From Octopus vulgaris (Eukaryota), in the NCBI GenBank assembly GCA_951406725.2, contig OX597822.1, positions 75,640,001 to 75,704,000 on the forward strand: 64,000 nucleotides of DNA, written 5' to 3'. Positions 28,154 through 40,479 of this stretch are shown piece after piece. The notes beneath the pieces are model-generated. The model did not search any database and had not been told where the DNA came from. It saw only the letters and a program-made list of their open reading frames with translations. Positions within the stretch are counted from its first letter, which is position 1. Each line of letters starts with the position of its first letter. The position numbers were made by a program, and so were the translations under genes.

Positions 28154-28454
28154 TTGTTCCTTCTCCAGCCACGCCTGGCTCATAAGGGCCGATTTCCCGG
28201 TTTCCTTGGCGTATAGGTTCCCTACCTAGACGGGACGCCGGTCCGTCGCAGGTGAGCTGTAAGATGCAGGAGGAAAGAGTGAGAAAAAGTTGTGGCGAAA
28301 GAGTCAGCAGAAGATCGCCATTACCTTCTGCCGGAGCCGTGTAGAGCTTAGGTGTTTTCGCTCATAAACACACACATCACCCGGTCTGAGATTCGAACCC
28401 TAGATCCCTCGACCAAGAGTCCGCTGCTCTAACGACCGAGCCATGTGCCTCCAC
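28154..28454 (-). mobile_element. SINE family A, tail variant 2
   Basis: Family A head; tail CTGCGACGGACCGGCGTCCCGTCTAG...GAAACCGGGAAA as in 668-980. Confidence 0.8.
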
Positions 28455-29289
28455 TAAATCAAAATAAGAGTTTGTAATTTTCGGTAGAAAACCAACAAAT
28501 TTTATGAGAAATGGAGTGCATCGATTAAATTCATCCCTGTTTCTCACTGGTTCTTATTTTATCGACCAGGAAGGTAAATTCGACCTCGGCAGAATTTGAA
28601 CCCAGAAAATGAAAGTGAAAAAAATCCGCTAAGAACTCTGACCAACGTGGTAACAATTCTGCCAACTCGCAGCCATTTTGTATTAAGAAAATAATGAAAA
28701 CAAATATACGTCAAATTTAATCTCATTTTATTTATAACTCATAGTAACTTAGTAGCGCGCTGAGAAAATTATTTATTATACCAACAAAAAAATAAGTTCA
28801 TTTAGTATTTTTAGTACGTTAAACACAAACCTCGCATATTATGAATCATAAGAGTTTCGCACAAATAATGAGAAAAAGAATTACATTGTTTATTAGAATA
28901 CTCATAGCTTTTAGCGTCTTTCAATGTATTTTGTATACATTTCAATTGCTTTGTTTTTTTTCATATGAAGTAGTTTAAATTTATCAATAAATAATGATAT
29001 AAAAATTCTCATTCCGAATTCCGGTTATAAAATATTTTTTTTTATGGTTATTTATTATAAAATCCAATATTTACAAATACTGTCCTTTTCATAAGTTTGT
29101 AAACCATAGAATATTTCATACAAATATGTATATTAAATTTCTCCACGATACGTATACGCAGTTTCCTACTGGACCTATCACACCAAATTTTGTTTATATT
29201 TCAAAATTTTTCTCTTTGACCATATATTGAATACAAATCCATTTCGAGCAGGTTTTGTTCCATTATTATTATTATCATTATTATTATTA

Positions 29290-30107
29290 CTTTTTTTTTC
29301 TTCTTTCAAATTTGCTTCCATTTCTTGCCGAGTGTCTTCCCGACTCCTAGGGCAAAGAAACTCATAGTATACATTGGTAGGCCATTAAACCAAGCTCAAT
29401 AGTTCGTTCATTTTTTTTTTCTTTTTTTTTTTAAGTTAAATTAAAATACATGAGCAGCAACAGTTCTCACATCGACAATGCTCTTCTCAATACGTGTGAT
29501 GTACCAGTTAAGACAATCTTTTGCACTTCTTGCAGGGATGGTAAGCCAGGGATCATTCTCATATAATTTTCGGTTCCCTTCTTGATCATTCCTAGTGCTC
29601 CTACGATCACTGGTATTGTAACCGCCTTGAGATGCCACATTTTCTCAATTTCAATGAGTAGGTCTTTATATTTTCTGAGCTTGTCAAACTCTTTCGCTGA
29701 GATATTATGATCGCAGGGGATGCTCATGTCGATCAATAAGCAAACTTTATTGTTTTGGTCTTTCACGACAATATCTGGTTTATTGGCCTTGATGGTTCGG
29801 TCTGTATGTACTGGAAAGTCCCACAGAATGGTTACATTTTCTCCTTCAGTTACAGCCTCAGGGTGGTGATTATACCACTTGTCGGCAGTTTTGATATTGT
29901 AATGCCGACTTATTAGCCAGTGTAGATATTGGCCAACTCTGTCATGTCTTAATTTATACTCCACTGGTGCTAAGACTTTATATCCAGAGATTAGGTGGTC
30001 ACTGTTTCAATCATGTCGTTGCAGAATCGGCATTTTGGGTCTGCTCCATTTTTCATCACATTGGCCTGGTAGTTCCGGGTTAATAGGCTTTGATCTTGAG
30101 CAGCCAT
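29290..30107 (-). mobile_element. 5'-truncated R4/Dong-clade non-LTR retrotransposon (restriction-like endonuclease) in (TAA)n
   Basis: AAQDQSL..CRFC..ET.DHLISG (CCHC knuckle), RHD, ILWD, KPDIV..IDMSIP..EFDKLRKYKDL, PVIVGALG motifs; TAA repeats on both sides. Confidence 0.9.
29467..30107 (-). pseudogene. R4/Dong ORF C-terminus (Zn knuckle + RLE), frameshifted near 30001
   Basis: ORFs 29991-30302 and 29467-29964 join after restoring one base; last knuckle Cys reads Tyr (TAT). Confidence 0.85.
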
Positions 30108-30127
30108 TATCATTATTATTATTATTA

Positions 30128-30200
<73 letters not shown>

Positions 30201-30221
30201 TATTATTACTATTACTATTAC

Positions 30222-30261
<40 letters not shown>

Positions 30262-30630
30262 GTTATTATTAATATTACGCCAAGGTTGACTTTGCCGTTC
30301 ATTCTTTTGGGGTTGATAAGTTAAGTACAAGTGAAACACTGGGGTCGATGTAATCGACTATGCTCTCTCCCACACAAATTTCAGGCCTTGTGCCTATAGT
30401 AGAAAGGATCATTATCCTCGCCCAACACTATTCTTTTTTTTGCACCTTTATATGCTATGCATACGTCTCTTCTTTTCCAGTGTATAGTGTATACGTTTTA
30501 TTTTATTTATCATTTCATTATTATATGTAACCCCCCACACTTTATGTCTGTCTCTGTATTGTCCGCCTCATCTTTCGCCCCCGTAGAAAATAAATGAAAT
30601 CATTATTATTATTATTATTATTATTATTTT

Positions 30631-31081
30631 TGAGTGCCATCAAAGTGACACTGTGGTAAAATATACGAAGCCCAGTATACCCATCATGACTACCCGTCTA
30701 ATAAGGGAACACTAGGCACATGCATCACAAACATATATGCGCGGTATGGTGGACTCATATCAAGATAAACAGCACATGACCTTGCAGGCGGGGCCCAGTT
30801 AGAATTTTCTTCTGGTCGAGTAACCCATCTCGCTCAAAAGGTCCCTGAATAAGGGTTGTTTAAGAATGTTGAACGAAACACCCATCTTTCATGTTTCCAG
30901 AGGTGAATTATTCAAAATCCACAGAATCCCTCTCAGCACATGGCTATGATGCTCCCCCATTGCTTCTGCTCCTGATCAGAGATGCACATATCGTCAGCCA
31001 TTAAGGGACATGCTCAACTGGTTATGGTCCAACAACTGACAAGCAAATCTGTGGTATTGAGGAGAATATTTGCCGTATCCC
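30631..31081. mobile_element. ~455-bp non-coding element in (TAA)n, copy 1
   Basis: Colinear with 31299-31757; bounded by TAA/ATT repeats; no ORF, no obvious A/B boxes. Confidence 0.85.
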
Positions 31082-31139
<58 letters not shown>

Positions 31140-31159
31140 CATCATTATTATTATTATTA

Positions 31160-31196
<37 letters not shown>

Positions 31197-31213
31197 CATT
31201 ATTATTATTATTA

Positions 31214-31259
<46 letters not shown>

Positions 31260-31298
31260 CATTATTATTATCATTATTATTATTATTACTATTATCAT

Positions 31299-31757
31299 TG
31301 AGTGAGAAAACAGTGCATGCCATCAAAGTGACACTGGGGTTAAATATACGAAGCCCAGTATACCCATCGTGACTACCCGTCTGATAAGGGTACACTAAGC
31401 ACATGTATCACAACCATATGTGCGCGACATGGTGATCTCATTTAAAGATAAACAGCTCATGACTTTGCAAGTGGGGCCCAGTTAGAATTTTCTTCTGGTC
31501 GAGTAGCCCATCCCGCTCAAAAGGTCCCTGAATAAGGGTTGTTTAAGGATGTTGAACGAAACACCCATGTTTCCAGAAGTGAATTATTCAAATTCCAAAG
31601 AATCCCTCTCAACACACGGCTATGGTGCTCTCCCACTGCTGCTGTTCGTGATCAGAGATGCACATATCGTTAGCCACTAAGGGACATGCACAACTGGTTA
31701 AGGTCAAACAACTGACAAGCAAATCTGTGGTATTGAGCAGAATATTTGCTGTAGCCC
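31299..31757. mobile_element. ~455-bp non-coding element in (TAA)n, copy 2
   Basis: Same orientation and ends as copy 1. Confidence 0.85.
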
Positions 31758-31760
31758 TTA

Positions 31761-31825
<65 letters not shown>

Positions 31826-31826
<1 letters not shown>

Positions 31827-32214
31827 TTTTATTTTTCCTCTTTCAAATTTGCTTCCATTTCTTGACGAGTGTCTTCCCGACTCCTAGGGCAAAGAAACTC
31901 ATAGTATACATTGGTAGGCCATTAAACTAAACTCAATAGTTCGTTCATTAAAAATTTTTTTTTTTAAAGTTAAATTAAAATACATGGGTAGTAATAATTC
32001 TCACATCGACAATGCTCTTCTCAATACGTGTGATGTACCAGTTAAGACAATCTTTTGCACTTCTTGCAGGGATGGTAAGCCAGGGATCATTCTCATATAA
32101 TTTTCGGTTCCCTTCTTGATCATTCCTAGTGCTCCTACGATCACTGGTATTGTAACCACCTTGAGATGCCACATTTTCTCAATTTCAATGAGTAGGTCTT
32201 TATATTTTCTGAGC

Positions 32215-32216
<2 letters not shown>
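31826..32216 (-). mobile_element. Second, more truncated R4/Dong copy in (TAA)n
   Basis: Nearly identical to 29290-29682 (KLRKYKDLLIEIEKMWHLK...RRALSM* plus 3' UTR). Confidence 0.9.
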
Positions 32217-32279
<63 letters not shown>

Positions 32280-32589
32280 CATCATGTGTCTTTGCATGTC
32301 CCTGACTCAACAACTCTCTGCGGTTTGTGGTCGTACCATGTCTTACCTCTCTTTAACCTCCATTTTATTTATAGTTTCCAATATAGAATTTTACTGCCTC
32401 ATCATGTTACTGCATCTTATGTTGGCATAACACCAACATGAAGTTCTAACTTGTTGTCTCTTGAGGTCTCTGGGTGCGACTTGAAGTCATCTTAAACAAA
32501 TACTAAGCAAAAGTCAGAAATGTATTAGTGAACAGTCAACGGCGCTGGAGAGCACATAGAGGAAAGCTGTAACAGAAAAAGTTAAGTGA

Positions 32590-32955
32590 TATGGAAAACT
32601 GGAAGCAATCTGAATATTGGAAATATGTTAGCTGTATTGATGATGATTTGCCGCTGACATCAAATTGCCGACATCATGACGGTTGCACGATGCTCCTTGG
32701 ACATTGTATAGGTGGTAAGACGTGACATGGACAGCTGCAATGGGGACTACGAACACGTGACCAGCAGAAAGAGACACAACAGGTGTTCCATTTGTGTGCA
32801 GCTGCTGCAAGACATGACTATAGGGAATCCGAGCAAGAGAATCCCAGCTTAGGCCAGACAGGTGGTTATTGGAGCCGCCACTGTGAAGCCGGTCCTCAAT
32901 GACATCCTTCGCTGCTACTTATGCAAGAAGCGCAATGTTCAACTTCTGAGTGAAT
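32590..32955 (+). mobile_element. Tc1/mariner-like transposase relic
   Basis: MENWKQSEYWK..IADIMTVARCS..VRRDMDSCNGDYE..NPSKRI; aligns with RC of 3990-4340. Confidence 0.6.
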
Positions 32956-33133
32956 AGGATCTTGTATATCATAAGCGCACTGCTCAAGTATGACCTAAAT
33001 GGAAAACGATTTAAAATGGTTCTTACCGGATCTTCTATCTTATTCATCCTCTTGCGATGAAACACTAAGTCAAATTTGTCGCAAAAGACCAAAACCAAGA
33101 AGTATTTGTTTAAACCCGTAATATAATGTTCCA

Positions 33134-33193
<60 letters not shown>

Positions 33194-33399
33194 TAATAAC
33201 AACAACAACAGCAACTACAACAACAAAAGAATAAGACCTCGATATTAGATAAATAGAGGATTATTTATATGCGTGTATGTGTGTGTATGCACGTGTGTGT
33301 GGTTATATATAGAGAGAGACGGGGAGAAAGAGAGAGAGAGAGAGAGAAATGTAAGTATATATGAATGCATAGAAGTGTTTATACATATATCTATATCTA

Positions 33400-33503
<104 letters not shown>

Positions 33504-34156
33504 CATAAATATTTATCAATTTCTGATCTTCCTATGTAACTATATATATGTGTGTGTGTGTGTGTAGGTAGGTAGATATTGTACATTAGAATACGATAGT
33601 ATTTGAAAGTAAAATTAGTGCTATCTCGAGGGGTATCAATTTACAAATATCCATCTGACTGGACAATCTTAAAACTATTGCAATATACCAACATAAAGAC
33701 GTGCTTCTTTTGAATTACACACAAAAATAGTTATCTTCTGTTGAACCTACTACAAGATACTTCACAACACTCATTCAGGTTATTAGAATATATTTGAATA
33801 AGATTTCCGAGCAACGAATGCCGACACCTATTGAAGCAAACGTTAATATATACAGCCAGGCACTACAAAGATACTGCCGTGTATGTGCGCATAGACGCTC
33901 ATGCTCATACAAACACCAATACGTTGATACCTTGATATCTCGCAATATATATATATGTTTATACATATATATATGTATATATGTGTATATATGTATATAT
34001 GTATATATACACACACATCTCTGTATCAGTTTCCCTTTGTACACCTACTCTTTATTCTGGTCTGTGTTCAAGAGCTTCTGTATAGTGTACACGGTTGTAC
34101 CTCTACACGCATGCGCGCGCACCCACACACGCACACATACATGAACTCACACACAC

Positions 34157-34210
<54 letters not shown>

Positions 34211-34371
34211 CTTTTACCTGCTATTTGTTTTGTCATTTGACTGCGGCCATGCTGGGGTACCAGTAAACACAAGCATTGCTAGAAATAAACATCAAAACAC
34301 CTCTTAACCACGATGAAGGACTTATCTTATGACTGACAAGTGAGGCAACCTCTCTACATTAACCGAGATAT

Positions 34372-34420
34372 AACCACATCACCAGTGATTTCGAATTAAT
34401 ATTAATGCTCGTCAGTGGCT
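34372..34420 (-). ncRNA. Type I hammerhead ribozyme motif (cleavage triplet AUG)
   Basis: RC: AGCCA-CTGACGA-GCATTAATATTAATTC-GAAA-TCACTGGTGAT-G-TGGTT; all three stems pair; near-palindromic stem III. Confidence 0.75.
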
Positions 34421-34505
34421 CTTACCCGGCTCTTATAGTTCTGTCTTTCGGTTGTAAATTGCGAATAAGCCATCCTTATTATATATATATATATGTATGT
34501 ATATA

Positions 34506-34683
34506 CATTTCTCCGTTTTCCCTTCTTTGGACTTTTTCTATATTTCTGACGAAGAGCTCCGCTCGAAATGTGAAATCCTCTTTCTTTTCTTTCCTTTCCT
34601 GAGCGTCCAAAAGCACGGTACTTATTCCACGTCCTCGCGTTCTTGTTTTTTCATGTTTTTTTCTTGCTTGTTCATGTTTGGAT

Positions 34684-34688
<5 letters not shown>
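34506..34688 (+). mobile_element. Solo PLE terminal module with minimal hammerhead (34542-34576), between (TA)n tracts
   Basis: ATTT-CTGACGA-A-GAGC(TCC)GCTC-GAAA-TGT-G-AAAT, then TTTCCTGAGCG and TTCCAC as in 54490-54667. Confidence 0.7.
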
Positions 34689-34776
<88 letters not shown>

Positions 34777-35221
34777 TATATATACAAAGTTAGTATATCA
34801 AGGGCTGTTACTATAAGTAACGCCTCACGCTGTGTGTGGGACTCCAAAGTCAAACTACTTCAATACGTATACACAGGCACCGAAATCATGGGAATGAGTA
34901 TAGAAGTTCCTTTAAAAAAAGGTTTAGTCGTATATCATTAATGATTTCATGTATAATATGCTCTCGAATCATCAGTACGGCATCGATGTAAGTAGTATAT
35001 ACATTCATACAACCAGAAAATATAAACATAAGCATCTCTACATACCAAGCGAACAACAACAATGCAACCAGCAGAGCGTATACAATTGTTCACACTTATA
35101 TATCCCTGAAAAGGGGGGTTCGCATGTTCATCTCGGCCGCACGTGTATAATCGGAACAATTCAGCACTGAATATATTCCGGTTCAAGGAGTTTATCCTTA
35201 TATACATATACATATACATAT

Positions 35222-35261
<40 letters not shown>

Positions 35262-35265
<4 letters not shown>

Positions 35266-35558
35266 CACCGTGATCACCGTGACCGACCAGGCTATCAAAT
35301 GTTGTTACACATAGCTGGTCACAATGCGCTTTGCATTGTTTTACCCTTCAAATGACGCCACCCCGCTGGCTAAACGAGCAGGCCAACGGAAGAAAGAGTG
35401 AGAGAAAGTTGTGGCGAAAGAGTACAGCAGGGATCGCCACCACCACCCTGCCGGAGACTCGTGGAGCTTTAGGTGTTTTCGCTCAATAAACACTCACAAC
35501 GCCCGCGATCCTACAACCGCGAGTCCACTGCCCTAACCACTGGGCCATTGCGCCTCCA
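35262..35558 (-). mobile_element. SINE family A, tail variant 3
   Basis: Family A head with small deletion, followed by an unrelated tail. Confidence 0.75.
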
Positions 35559-35599
35559 CATATATGTATATGTATGTGTGTGTGTGTGTGTGTGTGTAA

Positions 35600-35651
<52 letters not shown>

Positions 35652-36224
35652 CTACATAAGATATTTAAATAAATATATACATAAGATATTCCTTTATACT
35701 TTACGCACACGACCAGAAATTTTGGAGAAGCGGGGGGGGGGGCTTGCAGATTTCATCAACTCCCATTGCTCGACTGGTATCGGTTTTTATGATCCTTAAA
35801 GTATGAAAAGCAAAGTAGTGAAACAATTGTAGGTCATTGTATGTAACTGAAAACATCTTGTACAAAGCTTGTGCCACTCTCTTTGTTGCTATAGTATGTT
35901 CCAGTGACAAGAATTGCAAGGTGGCTGGCACTGTCTTGATTGCCAGTTTTAAATCAGATTATCTGGTTCTCAGAAGGGCTGACTTCACGGTTTTTGTAAA
36001 AACCAACGGGAGCTTTCTCCATTCCCGGGAAAGCTATGGGTGTCTCAAAGGGTCTCATAGATTTCCCGTATATGGGACTCTGACAGTTGCTACCATTCCA
36101 GATCACGACGTACCTGAGAGTAATAGCAATTAAGAGGTGACTCAGCGCTTTCCACACCTCTAGAACCTCGAACGAGAGTCTCACTACAGGGTGCAGTTTA
36201 ATGTCATGCCCAGGAAATGTAAAT

Positions 36225-36466
36225 GTGCTTGTGTATGTGCTTGTGTGTGTGTGTGTGTGCGTGCTTGTGTATGTGTGTACTTGTGTATGTGTGTGTACGT
36301 GTCTGTGTGTACATGTGCGCGCATAATGGAACGAGAGAAAATTCGTAAATATGCACGTATGTATGTAAGTAGTATATACATTCATACATACACATATATG
36401 TACGTGTATGCGTGCGTGTATGTGAGTGTGTGTATGTGCGTGCGTGGGTGCGTGGGGGGGGGGGTC

Positions 36467-36504
<38 letters not shown>

Positions 36505-36719
36505 AGGGCGTGCACAAAGGCGTGTGTATGTGCCTGTGTAGAAATCAGGAAATCGTTTTCGAAATTTATCTTCTCATCAATGCGCTTACATTCCTGTGCA
36601 CATGCAAACATATAAATACGAAGACATGTAATATAAATACAAGTTGAGGCAGGGAAAATTATCCAAGCCTGAACCCATACACACACACCACACACATGCA
36701 TACGTACATGCATGTTTGT

Positions 36720-36770
<51 letters not shown>

Positions 36771-37400
36771 TATACATATAAATATATACATACATATATA
36801 TAAACATAGATATATATATATATATATATATATACATACATATACATATATGTACATACATATACATGTATATGTACATATATATGTATATATATACATA
36901 TACGTATATGTACATATACATATATATATATGCATACATATACGTATATGTACATATATGTACATATACGTATATATACATATAGGTGCATATATATATA
37001 TATATATGTATATATGTATACATAGCCATACACACACATATCTATTTATACATATGTTTATATATGTAAAGAGAGACAGAATGAGAGAGATAAATATACA
37101 GAGAGAAAGAGACAGACAGATAGATAGACAGATACATACATACCTACATTCATACAAGCATACATACATACACACACATACATACATACATACATACATA
37201 CATACATACATACATACATACACACACATACATACATACATACATACATACATACATACATACATACATACACACACACATACATACACACACACATACA
37301 TACATACATACATACATACATACATACATACATACATACATACATACATACATACATACATACATACATACATACATACATACATACGCACGTACGTACA
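36225..37400. repeat. Long compound (TG)n/(TA)n/(TACA)n microsatellite field
   Basis: Direct inspection; source of the 437-aa artefact ORF. Confidence 0.95.
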
Positions 37401-38202
37401 TTCATAGATTGGTCTGATTGATTGATAGATTTTCCAATGAAAGAACTTTGTTTCTGGTTTAGAAATCGTGTCTTCCTTCGGAGAAGATAACATTGAAAAA
37501 TAAATGTAAAACAACATCTATACAAACAGACATTCATATGTACATACAGGCTACCGTAAATGCATACATGTAGCTATGCATATGCACCCATACATACAGT
37601 TTTACATATATATAGATATATTCGTAGAGTAATACATTCCTATATACTTCAGAGTAATTGCTTGCGTGTACAACCAGACTTAGTTGATTTTTCGACAATA
37701 CAATTCAGTTAATATCTATAAGAAGAGCCACATCTAATATATTTTTGGTCAATGGTAAAATATATTAGGAAATGCTCCATTCACTTAGTGAATAATCTTC
37801 GTCATTGCTGTAGTTACCATCGCTGATGTTGCTGTTGCAAAGTCAGTGACGCTCTGCCGTTTCTTTTATGCGAGCTGTATTGATGAGTTATAGGATACGA
37901 AATTTATGTTTTTTAATCAACTCTCTCTCTCTCTCTCACTTTCTCACACGCTCACACTTACTCACTCACTGGCGACCCCCTCTCTCTCTATCTATCTGTC
38001 CATCCATCTATCTATCTATCTATCCATCTATCCATCTATCTATTTATTTATCTATATATCGAATACGGACATACTTATACACGCGTATACACACTCACAC
38101 ACTCATGCATAAATATAAATATGTATACATATACATAAATATAGTTAGAAACAATGTATATGTGTATATAAACGTGTATATATATATGTACATATATGCA
38201 TT

Positions 38203-38297
<95 letters not shown>

Positions 38298-38298
<1 letters not shown>

Positions 38299-38675
38299 GG
38301 CGTAGGAGTGACCGTGTGGTAAGTAGCCTCCTTACGAACCACATGGTTCTGTGTTCAGTTCCACTGCGTGGCACCTTGAGCAAGTGTCCTCTACTATAGC
38401 CTCGGGCCGACCAAAGCCTTGTGAGTGGATTTGGTAAACGGAAACTGAAAGAAGCCCGTCGGATATATGTATATATATGTATGTATGTGTGTGTGTGTGT
38501 GTTTGTGTGTTTGTGTGCTTGACAACTGATACTGGTGTGTTTATGTTCCCGTAGCTTAGCGCTTCGGTAATAGGAGACCGATAGAATAAGTATTAGGCTT
38601 ACGAATAAGTCCTGGGTTCGATTTGTTCGACTAAAGGCGGTGCTCCAGGATGGACGCAGTCAAATGACTGAAAAA
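38298..38675 (+). mobile_element. SINE family B
   Basis: Head-core-tail present. Confidence 0.85.
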
Positions 38676-38808
38676 GACCGCCGAAAAATACATAAATATT
38701 ATTTCGTAAATACACTCTGCACGCAACACATGTATATGCAATGTCACACTTTCGTAAATGTTTCAGAGTTTGTTTTGTTTTTTTGATGAACAGGTTACTT
38801 ATGAATGT

Positions 38809-39189
38809 GGAGGCACAATGGCCCAGTGGTTAGGGCAGCGGACTCGCGGTCATAGGATCGCGGTTTCGATTCCCAGACCGGGCGTTGTGAGTGTTTATTG
38901 AGCGAAAACACCTAAAGCTCCACGAGGCTCCGGCAGGGGATGGTGGTGATCCCTGCTGTACTCTTTCACCACAACTTTCTCTCACTCTTACTTCCTGTTT
39001 CTGTTGTACCTGTATTTCAAAGGGCCAGCCTTGTCACACTCTGTGTCACGCTGAATATCCCCGAGAACTACGTTAAGGGTACAGGTGTCTGTGGAGTGCT
39101 CAGCCACTTACACGTTAATTTCACGAGCAGGCTGCTCCGTTGATCGGATCAACCGGAACCCTCATCGTCGTAACCGACGGAGTGCTTCT
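38809..39189 (+). mobile_element. SINE family A, full length, tail variant 1
   Basis: tRNA-Arg-like head; tail ends CGTCGTAACCGACGGAGTGCTTC; flanked by a likely TSD (TACTTATGAATG on both sides). Confidence 0.9.
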
Positions 39190-39381
39190 AGGTCTACTTA
39201 TGAATGGAAATGACTATGAACTTTGTAAAGCAGTAGTTCTGAGGCAAGATCCGTATAACCATTGGATGTCCATATAAGATTTCATTGTTAAAATTTTCCT
39301 GTGACAAACTTGTTATAATTCTACGATACGCAAAATATTTCAATTTTGTTCTACAATTCTTAATAATATTTAATCACAGAA

Positions 39382-39780
39382 CGGCGAACTGGCAGAATCG
39401 CTAGCTCGCCGGGCGAAATGCTTAGCGGTATTTCGTCTGCCGCTACGTTCTGAGTTCAAATTCTGCCGAGGTCGACTTTGCCTTTCATCCTTTCGGGGTC
39501 GATTAAATAAGTACCAGTTACGCACTGGGTCGATATAATCGACTTAATCCGTTTGTCTGTCCTTGTTTGTCCTCTCTGTGTTTAACCCCTTGTGAGTAGT
39601 AAAGAAATAAGTATTTCGTCTGCCGTTACGTTCTGAATTCAACTCCACCGAGGTCTACTTTGGCTTTCAATCTTTCGGGGTCGATTAAATAAGTACCAGA
39701 TACGTACTGGGGACGATATAATCGACTGTCCTTGTTTGTCCCCTCTATGTTTACGTCCCTGTGGACAATAAAGAAATAAA
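39382..39780 (+). mobile_element. SINE family C with two tandem core units
   Basis: Head plus two ~180-bp units. Confidence 0.85.
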
Positions 39781-39989
39781 TAATATTTAATCATGAAAAT
39801 ACAGTAAGAGTTTAATATACAGTGAATAGCAATAGAGGTGTGGTAGAGTAAAACAGGAATGAAAGGGGTCCATATGCAAAAAATGGTGGCCATCTACTGT
39901 TGTAGCCGGTGAGCTCAGTGCAGTTGCTGTTAAGCGTGTGAAATTTGTAAATAGGCATCAGAGAAGGAAGGATTAAAGAGAACTTTTAA

Positions 39990-40479
39990 CCCGTTGCCTG
40001 CCATGAGACCCATTTGGAGATCTGCTAAAAACAATCTCACTGCTGGTTGTCCATTTTATTTAAAGTGAATTGCTTACGTACAATGCATTTGCAGAGGTGT
40101 GTTTAACAATATTTAGTAATTAAAGTTTGTCATTATTAGCTCTGGCTAATTCTAGGGGACATTTTATGTCATAAATCGCAAGTTTTGAACTATTTTTGAA
40201 CAATTTTTGCATTTCCTATTTATATAATTCATTGATATTTCATACACATTCGCATTTGATATAGTTTTAAAAAAAAACTAAAATGTTTATTACTGCAATT
40301 GAATAGAAAAGGATAAATATGCTTTTTTTCAGCGATTCCCATTTTGGGACTTTTCGAAAAATTGATAGTAATTACCAAAATAATTCACATATGAAGAAAA
40401 TTTAAATACTACATATTTTAAATCCTAAGACACCCGGCGAAGCCAAAAAATATGAATAAAACATTTAGCAGTTAATGGG
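39990..40479. mobile_element. Putative piggyBac-like MITE
   Basis: TTAA|CCCGTTGCCTGC ... GCAGTTAATGGG|TTAA: TTAA on both sides and imperfect CCC/GGG terminal inverted repeats. Confidence 0.5.

Noticed and set aside
36204-37517. 437-aa ORF and the many YI/HT/CV/LSIY-rich ORFs across the window
   Set aside because: Translations of TA, CA, TACA and TCTA microsatellites that lack stops; no protein signal
38809-38885. tRNA genes in SINE heads
   Set aside because: A and B boxes are present but there is no complete cloverleaf, and they are always fused to SINE bodies
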